From contig NW_005434636.1 of the NCBI RefSeq assembly GCF_000315625.1, positions 1 through 64,000 of the forward strand: a stretch of DNA of 64,000 nucleotides. Reading direction: 5' to 3'. Positions 24,832 through 34,599 of this stretch are shown piece by piece. The first letter of the stretch is position 1; every line of letters starts with the position of its first letter. Both the position numbers and the translations under genes were made by a program. Origin of the DNA: Guillardia theta CCMP2712 (lineage: Eukaryota; Protista; Cryptophyta). A model generated the notes under the pieces. The model was not told the origin of the DNA. It ran no database searches and was given only the letters and a program-made list of their open reading frames with translations.

Positions 24832-27800
24832 TTTATTTTCTCATCGACAACGTTTCTTCGATGTTCTTACTTTTCAGGCAGAGCTGCATCAAAGCATCAG
24901 AACAGGTATCATGCAAGAAGCAATGTCACATGTCCCAGACGAACAGATGGCTTGATCTTCATCGACTCTTCGACGCTGTCTTCTCGCTTCTTGTCGTCGC
25001 CGGCTGCTTCCTCCATGTTGTCGTCGTGCCCTTGCCGTTTCAATTCCTCGTCCATGCCTATAGGAGGGCAAAGGATCAGCAGACCCAACAAAGTCCATGA
25101 ATGGCATGTGGTTACCTTGTTCTTCCCCCTCCTCTTCCACTTCCTCTTCTTCTTCCTCTCCCTCCAAAGGAATCTCTTTACATGTAAACATGGCCTGGAA
25201 GAGAAGCTTGAAGCGACCTGACGCCATGCCTTGAAGGATCTGCGAGCAGTCAGCAGCTCTCAGGATGAGTGGTAAAGTAACCCCGAGAATCAAGGCGATG
25301 AAGATCCCAGCGACAGTGAAGATGAAGACGCCGGCGACCATGTCCTTGGTGATCTCAAGCTGACAGAGCGAGTCAGCTCACCATCGTGACCTCACTGACC
25401 AGCATGTGACCTGAGGGTTCGAGAAGGCAACACAAGGGTTATCTTGTGCTCGAATCCTGTACTTCCTGCTAAGCCTGCGACAGCTCTTGTCACTTCAACG
25501 TCTCCTGAAACTTCACGAGTGCCTAGTGATGTCTCCGTTGTCGATGGCGACTTGAATGGCCATCGAAAATGCTCGCGCGTATGTCGTGTCTTTGAGAAAC
25601 CCGATGCCGAAGTTGGAGGAGAAGAATTCGTTGCCGATGGTCTTGAGCGAACAAGTGCCGGTATCTGACAAGGTCAAGCACCTCAGCAGCGCAACTCGGG
25701 ACTGCAAACTCTCACTGTTGTATCTCCTCGCGAGCTCATAGTAGACCTGCATATGACAAGAAAGATACCACACGTAAGAACGAGGTCCCTTGCATACTTA
25801 AGGAACACCAAGGGGGCATCGAAGATAAGGGAATCAGGCTTGTACACAGCATCCGAACTTCCCGAGCAGTCAAGCATGTCGTAAGCTCCAAGTTGTAAAT
25901 TCGTGGCGGTGCCTGATAGTCAATTCAGATTTCTCATTTATGAGAGAATAAAGTCACAAGGATCGAATGTTCTGTTCTTCTCCTGCATCTGCCCGTTGTT
26001 GTTGTACCTTCACGCCAAGTCACAACACAAGTCAACAATATTGCTATCATACGAGTGCATCAGCTCTGTCGTCCATATTTGGAATTTCTTGGAGTTGTCG
26101 TTCTGCATTTCAGCTTCCATGTACTTGAACTGAGGTATCTCGATCATAACTTCGAAGAGGCATGCAAGAATAATTCACCTGCACACTCTCGGGTGTGGTT
26201 GGAGTGCTATCACCCCCCAGGTAAGCCCCCAAGTATTTGGTATTCTAAACACAAGTGTGAATACAAACTCTGAAAATCCTTGGAAGAAGGACAACCGTTG
26301 AGTTCCAACTTGGCCCCCTCACGACGACACTGAATTGACCCGAACTCAAGCTGCTGATGTCAGAGACCTGAAGATCACGAGACTTTTCTCAGCCTCTTTG
26401 AACCATCGGCACTACACTCCTGCTACCGTGACAGGAAGCGACGAAACCAGAAAAGGTCCCAAAGTTCCTGTATAGGTTGCAGCCATGATGACGAGGAAGG
26501 TAAGATGGGCTTGTATAAAGATCTGAACGAGCAGTGAGCATCATTGCAAGATCTCAGCAAAGTCGACAATCACCTTTCCCCCTGCTGTGCAAGCTGCTTT
26601 GCCTTGACCTCCTGGACAAAGAGCACTCCCGAATGCCCAGAAACTAGGAGGAAGTTCAGAAAAATAACATGAGCATAAAAGAGGAGTGATACAATGAGTC
26701 ATAGATCGGAGTAAGAATGTTGAAGGACTTCTCGATTGCAGGGTTCTTCCAAGTCTGAAAGCATAAAATAATATCAATGGAGCAAACATTAGCTACAGGT
26801 GATTGCATCACAATCACCTCGACCAGCAGAATGAGGACCATCACTAGAAAGATCTCAGCTAGAATAGCCATCCACAGGTCCAAAGAAAAGGCTTTAAATG
26901 TCTGCAAGCACTCTCAGACCCTTGTCTCAACGAGGACTGGAATGGGCCTTACATTCATGATATCCGGCCAGCGAAAATATGATCGACGAACCACGATTTG
27001 ACGCACAGTAAGGTAGCTGTAGAGAGTTCAGACCATGACTGAGCAGCATGCACGCCTACGGGATTGTAAAGGCCATCAGATCCAACCGAGCTCGGGTAAT
27101 GTGAACAGCTCCAACAATCTGCAGGAAGCAATGACCGAATTTGAAGTGGTAGAATACCAGGCCATTACCGCATCAGGCCCAGCGCTTGTACAGGTGCTAT
27201 CACCCACTCCGTTACAAACATTTGCTGTGTTTGGACTGGTTCCGTTGTATGTGGCGAGAGCTGGGCATGCCTGAGAACAAAACGAAGCTTTGCGTGAGTG
27301 AGAGAGGGAAATATAGGCGTGTACCGATGTTGTCGAACTCAGCTTTGTGTTGGTAAAATCGCCATTGCAAAGGATGTTGAAGGAGTTGGTGGCAGATTCC
27401 AGATTAGAATTACTAGGAGGCAAGTACCACTCAAACGTGACAGTTTTTTCTTTTGCGTCCTGCAAGCAGTCTATCTCACAAAGACCCTGGCCCCCTCGCG
27501 CAAACCTTGCACATTGCCTCCAGGTGCTGTTTCAAATAGGTAGTGACTAGCTCATACGTGAAGCCTTCCTCCCCTGCCTTGAAGGCTGCAGCCGGGCACT
27601 TTCTGCAGTCAAAACAACATGCTCAGGAGATGCAGCAGAGGATGCTAATAAAGCTCTGCTCACTGATTTTGACATTTCGACGGGTCAACATTAACAAACG
27701 GTGAAATCTGGTTCGTGATCAGCCGAAACCTGAAAATAGAACACTTAGATGTGGATGCTAAAGGTTGATTGATGATCGAGATGCAGGATCTAAGCACACA

Positions 27801-28010
27801 CATCATCATCATTCAATCTTGGTATGTCCCTTTGAGGTACATTGTCTGGCAATCTTGTTGTTGCTTCCAAACTTCACTACATCATGGACTGGCATCCTCT
27901 CATACTTACTTTTGACCGCAGTGAGAGGTGTTCCAGCCAGCAGGAAGCGTCGCTGTCGCGGCATAGACATGCGCGAGCAGCAAGACCCCCCGCGATATCG
28001 CAGCTGCCAT
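24832..28010 (-). CDS. Ionotropic glutamate receptor-like channel (multi-exon)
   Basis: Signal peptide MAAAISRGVLLLAHVYAA; pre-M1/M1 KAFSLDLWMAILAEIFLVMVLILLVE; pore FWAFGSAL; M3 IMAATYTGTLGPFL (cf. SYTANLAAFL); S2 LIFDAPL..CSLKTIGNEFFSSNFGIGF; M4 VAGVFIFTVAGIFIALILG. Confidence 0.75.
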
Positions 28011-28274
28011 GGCAGGATGTATTTTGAGCCTCACATTAGGTCCGACGGTCACTCCGAGGCTCCCGGCCCGGGGCCCGGTGTCCTGGCCCGGCCGGCGGCG
28101 ATCATCGGATCCAAGACTTCCCACGACACTGAAATCTTCTTTCCTCAAAGTTAGGTTGAACTTGAGTCAATACGAGGACAATCAGGAGAGCCTGCCGAAG
28201 TTGGATCGAGGAGGCAAGAGAAAGCCTGACTGCGACTATTCCTGCCGGGCCAAGCCTTCGCTGGTGCTGGATCC

Positions 28275-28602
28275 TCCTCCTCTTGACTTCCTCAGCAACA
28301 TCATCCTCCTCTTGACTTCCTCAGCAACGTCATCCAGCCTCCTCTTGACTTCCTTCGCAACATCATCCTCCTCTTGACTTCTCTTTCCATCGCCTTCTCC
28401 TACACCAACAGCTTGCATCTGATATTTGCTCAACCTCCATGATGTCCGCCTCCGGCATATTCCAGCCTCGCGTCGCTCACGTCTTCCCCCGCAAGACCTC
28501 CCAAGGTCCTCATCGACGATGCTCCCACCTCGTCGTCTCTGCCCGTCAAGTCTTCACTCTCCTCCACCTCCGCCAGGTCGACGCTGCCCGACACCTGGTA
28601 AG
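28275..28602 (+). pseudogene. 5' fragment of an RWP-RK gene (upstream 29-bp repeats + exon 1 + donor GTAAG)
   Basis: Close direct match to ~37190-37458; homology stops 5 nt into the intron. Confidence 0.85.
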
Positions 28603-30085
28603 CCGCAGAGATGTGTACAGCCACCACAACAACACGATGCTCCAGCTCATCCGCCAGTACGTGGACACGTACGGAATCATGCAGGACTTTGAGACACGGA
28701 CCTGACCTCCCCTCCTCCCACGGCCTGAGCATCATCCACAGCAAGTAGTTCAGCATGCAGAACGTTGAGCCGCCAAGGGACATCCTGAGGAGGACATCCA
28801 GGGTCGCGGAGCACACCGCATCAATGGCTTCATCAGGGACATCTGAAACAACAAGTAAAGTTCTACGACCAGTCAAGGACAGCTTCTTCACGCTCACCTT
28901 CTCCGAGCTCTTCAAGATGTCTATGCTGGAGGTCTTGCAACAAAACGATGTCCCGGACTTTTGGGACATAAACGCATCAACCTGGCCGTGCCGACGTATG
29001 GATACCGACTCCCTCCGTGTCAGGAATGAGGGTCAGAGAATCCGCCCATTGCCCGACTTCGTCTACCCACCAAACGGGGACTTCCGCTCGAACGTGACGG
29101 TGGTCTATGACTCGATGCAGGCCTAGGCAGTGCTACGAGTCCATGCAGGCCTCCCAGAACATGGGGCTGATCAACATGTCCAAGAACACGATGGCAAGGC
29201 ACATTCTCGGTTCCGTCCTCATGAATTCGGTAACACCCTCAACCTCCCCCGCCACATGACGTTTAGTTGAACGCACACAGCTTCATCCAGACCGTCATGT
29301 CGAGGTCCCTGTACAGCCCAAGGCTCTGCAACGCCATCCTTCAGTCGCTGGACGTCCCCTCAGACATGCAGATCGAGTTCCTGAAGGCACTGGACGGGCT
29401 GGAGAACCCGCTCTGCAGCACCGTGAGGGTGAGCTAAATGTCCTACTCCCACCCAGACGCCTCCATCAAGCAGGGGGGCAACGCGATTCTGGGCAACAAC
29501 AACGCCAAGGCCATCAATGAGACGGTCCTCCAGTACATGAACGAGGTCCTCAACTACGTGGAGAGCTCCTCCAGGGAGATGAAGACCCTGTACCTCCAAG
29601 TCCCGCTGCTGCCGGCCTTCAAGCAGGCCCTCTACACCACCTGGACGAGGCGATGGGGACTGTCCTGCAGAATTCTCGGAACGGCGTGAAGCTGGATGAA
29701 AACACAATCCTGGGCACGGAGTTCAGGTGCGACCCCTTCCCCGTCAACTCCATGGTCAACATGGACGACATCAACAGCGTCATCAACGGCTCGGACATCA
29801 ACAAGTACAGCCTCAAGGCCCCGTTGAACTCGGCCTACGTGAACTCCGTGCTCTCCTCCTTCACCACAGTGGGAACAACGCAAACAACATGAACCATCTC
29901 ACTGAGAACGATGTTGCAAGGATGATCGTTTTGGATGACAGGGTAGACCCCCGAATGGTCCGACTCTACAACCGCATCACGAGACGCAACGAGGACTTGG
30001 TGAACAACATGCGGGTGTGGGACGTCTGCTTCAACGGCTACAACGGGGGCATGGACTCCTCTTACAGGACAATCATGGGTGCTTG
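28603..30085 (+). pseudogene. Decayed intronless foreign-looking (candidate viral) gene fragment
   Basis: ~1.5 kb of coherent protein-like sequence spread over ORFs 28755-29126, 29438-29689, 29653-29892 and the start of 29727, broken by stops and frameshifts; strong C-ending codon bias; Asn/Met-rich; no introns. Confidence 0.55.
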
Positions 30086-30374
30086 TAGGACAATCATAAG
30101 TGCTACACCCCCCAGCCTCCATCTTCGTCTTTATCATCATCCCCCCTTCTCACCTTTGCACGCGTCGCCTCTGCCACCTCCACTGCTTTCTTTTTTGTGT
30201 TGTTTTTATCAAGATCTTGTTTTTTCGAGCTTTACAGCCTCTGGTAGGATTTGCTTTTCTTTTTATCCACCACCCCCTGTACCTCCCCTCCCCTCCTCGT
30301 ATCACCCCCTACCACTGTCTAGACTCAACCCAAACCCCTCTCCTCTCGCTCCCTTCCCCTCCCTCGTCCCCGCC

Positions 30375-33300
30375 ATGGCAGCGGAGCTGCAACCACTCGC
30401 GTCCTTCTTCTGCCCCATCAGCCTGGCGCTCATGACGGACCCTGTCTCCTCTTGCGATGGCTTCACCTATGAGAGATCCTCCATCGAGTCTTGGCTCCAG
30501 CTCCGTCTCTCCAGCCCCCTCACTGGCGCCTGCCTCCCCTCCAACCACCTTGTCCCCAACTTCGCTCTCCGCAGCGCCATCCAGGAGTGGCAGGAGCGAC
30601 ACGCGCTGCTCGTCCCCAGACACGACGTCGAAATCGACCAGCAGCCAATCACAGCAGGTTCCTTCAAGAACCTCTACATAGGTCACCTCAGCTTGCGAGG
30701 GCCAGGAGCGGAGCCGGAGAGGATCAAGGTCGCGGTGCTCAAGCTCAGGCAAGGTGATGGCGAGAGAGAAGCCGGGGTGATGCTGAGGCTAAGGCGGCAT
30801 CCTCGGCTTGTACGGTACATGGGGCAGAGCAAGGACGCCGACGGCTGCCGCCTGCTGCTGACCGAGTACGCCGAGCTGGGGTCGCTGAGGGAAGTTCTGG
30901 TGGGGAGGATGGGGAGCCAGGTGACGCGAGGGCACCAGATGGCGATGATGCAGCAGATCGTGCAGGGTATGGAACACCTCGCCGAGCTCCGCGTCGTCCA
31001 TCGGGACCTCGCAGCAAGGCACGTGCTGGTCTTGGGCTTCGACAACGAGGACGTGCGGAGGACGTCGGTGAAGGTGGCGGGCTTCGGGCTGGCAGTAGAG
31101 CTCGTGGACAGCACTGACGCTACGGTAGCGGGGCGAGGGCTGCCGGTGCGCTACATGCCCCCGGAGTCCTTGCAGAGAGGCCGGTGCTCAGAGAAGAGCG
31201 ACGTGTGGGCCTTCGGGGTGACGTGCTGGGAGATCCTGACCTTTGGGAAGACGCCCTACTACAACATGACGGACGATAGTGTGATCCGGTACGTGTGCGG
31301 GGGTGGGAGGCTGGCCCGAGAGGACATAGTCGGAGGATGTCCAGACGAGGTATGGGCCCTGGTAGAGAGCTGCTGGGCGACGAGGGAGGAGGATCGCCCG
31401 ACGTTCGCAGAGCTTGCGGTAGCTCTAGGACGAGCCGGAGCGGAGGGGCGTGAGAGGGCAGCATGGAGATCGTCAGGCAGGAAGCCTGGGCTGCAGGATG
31501 CACGGAGCGGCAGCCAGTCGCTATGCCGGGGCTTATGCCGTATGGCAGAAGCTGCGTGGAGAAGGATCGGAGAGGCAGCGGGCGGAGGGATCGAAGCGGT
31601 GGCGACGAGAGTCAGCAAGCGCAAGTACCGAGAGCTTGCGGGGCTACAAGAGTCAGCATGCGATGCCTTGGAAGGCATGGCGAGTGACGTCCGTAGCTCG
31701 CTGAGCACGGGAGCAAAGAGGCTACGGGTCGGGGCGTCAGCAGCGGTAGAGGCACAAGACGGACGTGGGATGCAGGACCGGGAGCCGGCAAGGGAGGCAT
31801 GGGGGCAGCTGAGAACGACGGGAGCTGAAGATAGCATAGAGACGGTAGTGCAGGACATGACGACGTACGAGGCACTCGCGGAGGTACAGCAGGCTGCGTG
31901 CGAAGCCTTGGTCAGGATGGCTCAGAGCTTTGAAGACTACAAGCTCAAGGCGAGAGAGGCGGGAGCAATCGAGGCCGTCGTCCGCGCGATGACCAGGCAC
32001 CCGGACGACGCAGGGGTACAGCAGGCTGCGCTCTTGGCCCTCAAGCATGCGGTCATCGGAAACGAGGAGAGCCAGCAGCAAGCGCGAGAGGCGGGAGCGA
32101 TCGAGGCCGTCGTCCGTGCGATGACCAGGCACCCGGACGACGCAGGGGTACAGCAGGCTGCGTGCAGGGCTCTGGATCTCATGGTGTGCTTCACGGGTGA
32201 CAGCCAGGGTCCAGCACGAGTCCGGGCGCGAGAGGCGGGAGCGATCGAGGCCGTCATCCGCGCGATGACCAGGCACCCGGACGACGCAGGGGTACAGCAG
32301 GCTGCGTGCGCGACGCTGGAGTACTTGGTAAACTTCATGGCTGACAGCCAGGCGCGGGCGCGAGAGGCGGGAGCGATCGAGGCCGTCGTCCGTGCGATGA
32401 CCAGGCACCCGGACGACGCAGGGGTACAGCAGGCTGCGTGCGGGGCTTTGAGACCTACAGTCAGTCTCATCCATGAGAGCCAGGCGCGAGCGCGAGAGGC
32501 GGGAGCAATCGAGGCCATCGTCCGTGCGATGACCAGGCACCCGGACGACGCAGGGGTACAGCAGGCTGCGTGCTGGGCTTTGAGACATACAGTCAGTCTC
32601 ATCCATGAGAGCCAGGCGCGGGCGCGAGAGGCGGGAGCGATCGAGGCCGTCGTCCGCGCGATGACCAGGCACCCGGACGACGCAGGGGTACAGCAGGCTG
32701 CGTGCGCGACGCTGGAGTACTTGGTAAACTTCATGGCTGACAGCCAGGCGCGGGCGCGAGAGGCGGGAGCGATCCAGGCCGTCTTTAAAGTCATCGATAC
32801 CCACGCGAACAGCACGTTTTCAGTGTTTCGGGCGTACTGGGCCCTCGACTCCATCATGCAGAACTTCCGATATCAGGGCACGGCGAGTGATGCAGCAGCG
32901 CTCGAAGGCATCGTCAGCGCGATGACCAGGCACCAGAGCAACGCGCACATACAGGAGTGTTTATGCAAGTTGCTGTCTAAGATAGCCGAGAACGACGAGC
33001 AGAGCAGGCTCTGGGCTACACAAGCGGGAGCGATCCAGGCCGTCTTTAAAGTCATCGATACCCACGCGAACAGCACGTTTTCAGTGTTTCGGGCGTACTG
33101 GGCCCTCGACTCCATCATGCAGAACTTCCGATATCAGGGCACGGCGAGTGATGCAGCAGCGCTCGAAGGCATCGTCAGCGCGATGACCAGGCACCAGAGC
33201 AACGCGCACATACAGGAGTGTTTATGCAAGTTGCTGTCTAAGATAGCCGAGAACGACGAGCAGAGCAGGCTCTGGGCTACACAAGCGGGAGCGATCCAGG

Positions 33301-33581
33301 CCGTCTTTAAAGTCATCGATACCCACGCGAACAGCACGTTTTCAGTGTTTCGGGCGTACTGGGCCCTCGACTCCATCATGCAGAACTTCCGATATCAGGG
33401 CACGGCGAGTGATGCAGCAGCGCTCGAAGGCATCGTCAGCGCGATGACCAGGCACCAGAGCAACGCGCACATACAGGAGTGTTTATGCAAGTTGCTGTCT
33501 AAGATAGCCGAGAACGACGAGCAGAGCAGGCTCTGGGCTACACAAGCGGGAGCGATCCAGGCCGTCGTCAGCGCAATGTAG
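30375..33581 (+). CDS. Intronless U-box + tyrosine-kinase-like (pseudo)kinase + armadillo-repeat protein; C-terminus probably truncated by a premature stop
   Basis: U-box FFCPISLALMTDPV..DGFTYERSSIESWL..SPLTG..LVPNFALRSAIQEW; kinase HRDLAARHVLV, PVRYMPPES, SDVWAFGVTCWEI; 44-aa ARM repeats AGAIEAVVRAMTRHPDDAGVQQAAC; likely ATG at 30375. Confidence 0.88.
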   Translation: MAAELQPLASFFCPISLALMTDPVSSCDGFTYERSSIESWLQLRLSSPLTGACLPSNHLVPNFALRSAIQEWQERHALLVPRHDVEIDQQPITAGSFKNLYIGHLSLRGPGAEPERIKVAVLKLRQGDGEREAGVMLRLRRHPRLVRYMGQSKDADGCRLLLTEYAELGSLREVLVGRMGSQVTRGHQMAMMQQIVQGMEHLAELRVVHRDLAARHVLVLGFDNEDVRRTSVKVAGFGLAVELVDSTDATVAGRGLPVRYMPPESLQRGRCSEKSDVWAFGVTCWEILTFGKTPYYNMTDDSVIRYVCGGGRLAREDIVGGCPDEVWALVESCWATREEDRPTFAELAVALGRAGAEGRERAAWRSSGRKPGLQDARSGSQSLCRGLCRMAEAAWRRIGEAAGGGIEAVATRVSKRKYRELAGLQESACDALEGMASDVRSSLSTGAKRLRVGASAAVEAQDGRGMQDREPAREAWGQLRTTGAEDSIETVVQDMTTYEALAEVQQAACEALVRMAQSFEDYKLKAREAGAIEAVVRAMTRHPDDAGVQQAALLALKHAVIGNEESQQQAREAGAIEAVVRAMTRHPDDAGVQQAACRALDLMVCFTGDSQGPARVRAREAGAIEAVIRAMTRHPDDAGVQQAACATLEYLVNFMADSQARAREAGAIEAVVRAMTRHPDDAGVQQAACGALRPTVSLIHESQARAREAGAIEAIVRAMTRHPDDAGVQQAACWALRHTVSLIHESQARAREAGAIEAVVRAMTRHPDDAGVQQAACATLEYLVNFMADSQARAREAGAIQAVFKVIDTHANSTFSVFRAYWALDSIMQNFRYQGTASDAAALEGIVSAMTRHQSNAHIQECLCKLLSKIAENDEQSRLWATQAGAIQAVFKVIDTHANSTFSVFRAYWALDSIMQNFRYQGTASDAAALEGIVSAMTRHQSNAHIQECLCKLLSKIAENDEQSRLWATQAGAIQAVFKVIDTHANSTFSVFRAYWALDSIMQNFRYQGTASDAAALEGIVSAMTRHQSNAHIQECLCKLLSKIAENDEQSRLWATQAGAIQAVVSAM
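31950..32753 (+). repeat. Six ARM-coding units (132 bp, one 144 bp): ~81-bp near-invariant scaffold plus variable cassette
   Basis: Unit starts at 31950, 32082, 32226, 32358, 32490 and 32622. Confidence 0.92.
32763..33568 (+). repeat. Three essentially identical 261-bp units (87 aa, two ARM repeats each)
   Basis: Antisense ORF starts 32857, 33118 and 33379 are 261 bp apart; translations are identical. Confidence 0.93.
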
Positions 33582-33821
33582 CATGCGACGAGCTGCACAG
33601 CATCGTCAGCGGCATAGCTGACAGCCAGGTGCGGGTGCGAGAGGCGGGAGCGCTCGATGCCATCGTCAGCGCGATTCAAAGGCATCAGCACAGCACCTGG
33701 TTGCTGGACAGCCTCATGGAGGCACTGAGCAGCCTTGCAAGCAACAACTCGTACAGCATCTAACGCATCCGATCGCTCGGAGGCGATGCCTTGGCTCACA
33801 AGGTCTTTGACGTGCGAAGCT

Positions 33822-33950
33822 CCGACCGACGGAGGGAGGAGAGACGCTGAGGACCGACGGAGGGAGGAGGGAGAAGAGACGCTGAGGACCGACGGAGGGA
33901 GGAGGGAGAAGAGACGCTGAGGACCGACGGAGGGAGGAGGGAGGAGGGAG
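33822..33950. repeat. ~35-bp purine-rich tandem repeat (GACCGACGGAGGGAGGAGGGAGAAGAGACGCTGAG) x3-4
   Basis: Read directly downstream of the ARM gene. Confidence 0.8.
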
Positions 33951-34599
33951 GAGAGGCTGCATGGGCGTTGGTCGCATGGGCTGGGGCTGAGCAGAGACTG
34001 TCGGGGTCGACAAGAGGATGGGTCATGGGGCGGGGTGTACGAACCCAGATAGCAGAGAAGGTGAGGGTGAAAATGTCTCTTCAGGAGGCGAAGCTCAGGG
34101 AGATGAGGGAGGAGGTAGGTGCCTTGAGCCTAAGTCAAGACATAGGAAATCGACGATCTTGGATGGGCGGGGACTCGGTATGCAAGACTCAGAAGAGCCT
34201 ACTCGAGTTCAGTATTGCCGGTTTAGTGCCTTTAGCTCTTTCTTCTTGATACAGGTTGAGGCTACTAATCCCTGTGTGCTGTCCACGCCTGGAGGGTAAT
34301 CAGCCTCTGAGTTGAGCTCGCTGTCCTATGAGCTCTGATAGCCTAGTAGAGCCATGGCCCGGCCCGGGGAGAAGCAAAAAGGTGAGAAACGGAAGTTTGA
34401 CTGAGGTCTGCCGGCTTCCGGGACACGTGCCCGCTCGGAGGAGGGGAGGAGGGGTGGGTAGGTAGAGGAAGGTAGGGGTAGAGCTGAGATGACAAGTAAT
34501 GTTCTTACTGCTCTTTGTCCTGATCCTTGTTCCGAAGTTCCCCTGCTTATGACAGTGTCGTGCATGCCGTCGCTTCCGTGGTTGGAGTAGCGATTTTCG

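Noticed and set aside
29727-30374. N-terminal 216 aa of the 1284-aa ORF
   Set aside because: Chance read-through of the foreign relic and a pyrimidine-rich spacer; the U-box protein plausibly starts at ATG 30375
31950-32753. Repeat-spacer pattern resembling a CRISPR array
   Set aside because: Repeats are ~81 bp, in frame and protein-coding (ARM); spacers recur; no cas genes; eukaryotic context
31259-33799. Long antisense ORFs over the ARM gene (likewise 54839-55495 and 60463-61587)
   Set aside because: Shadow frames of GC-rich or repetitive sense genes with no independent domain signal
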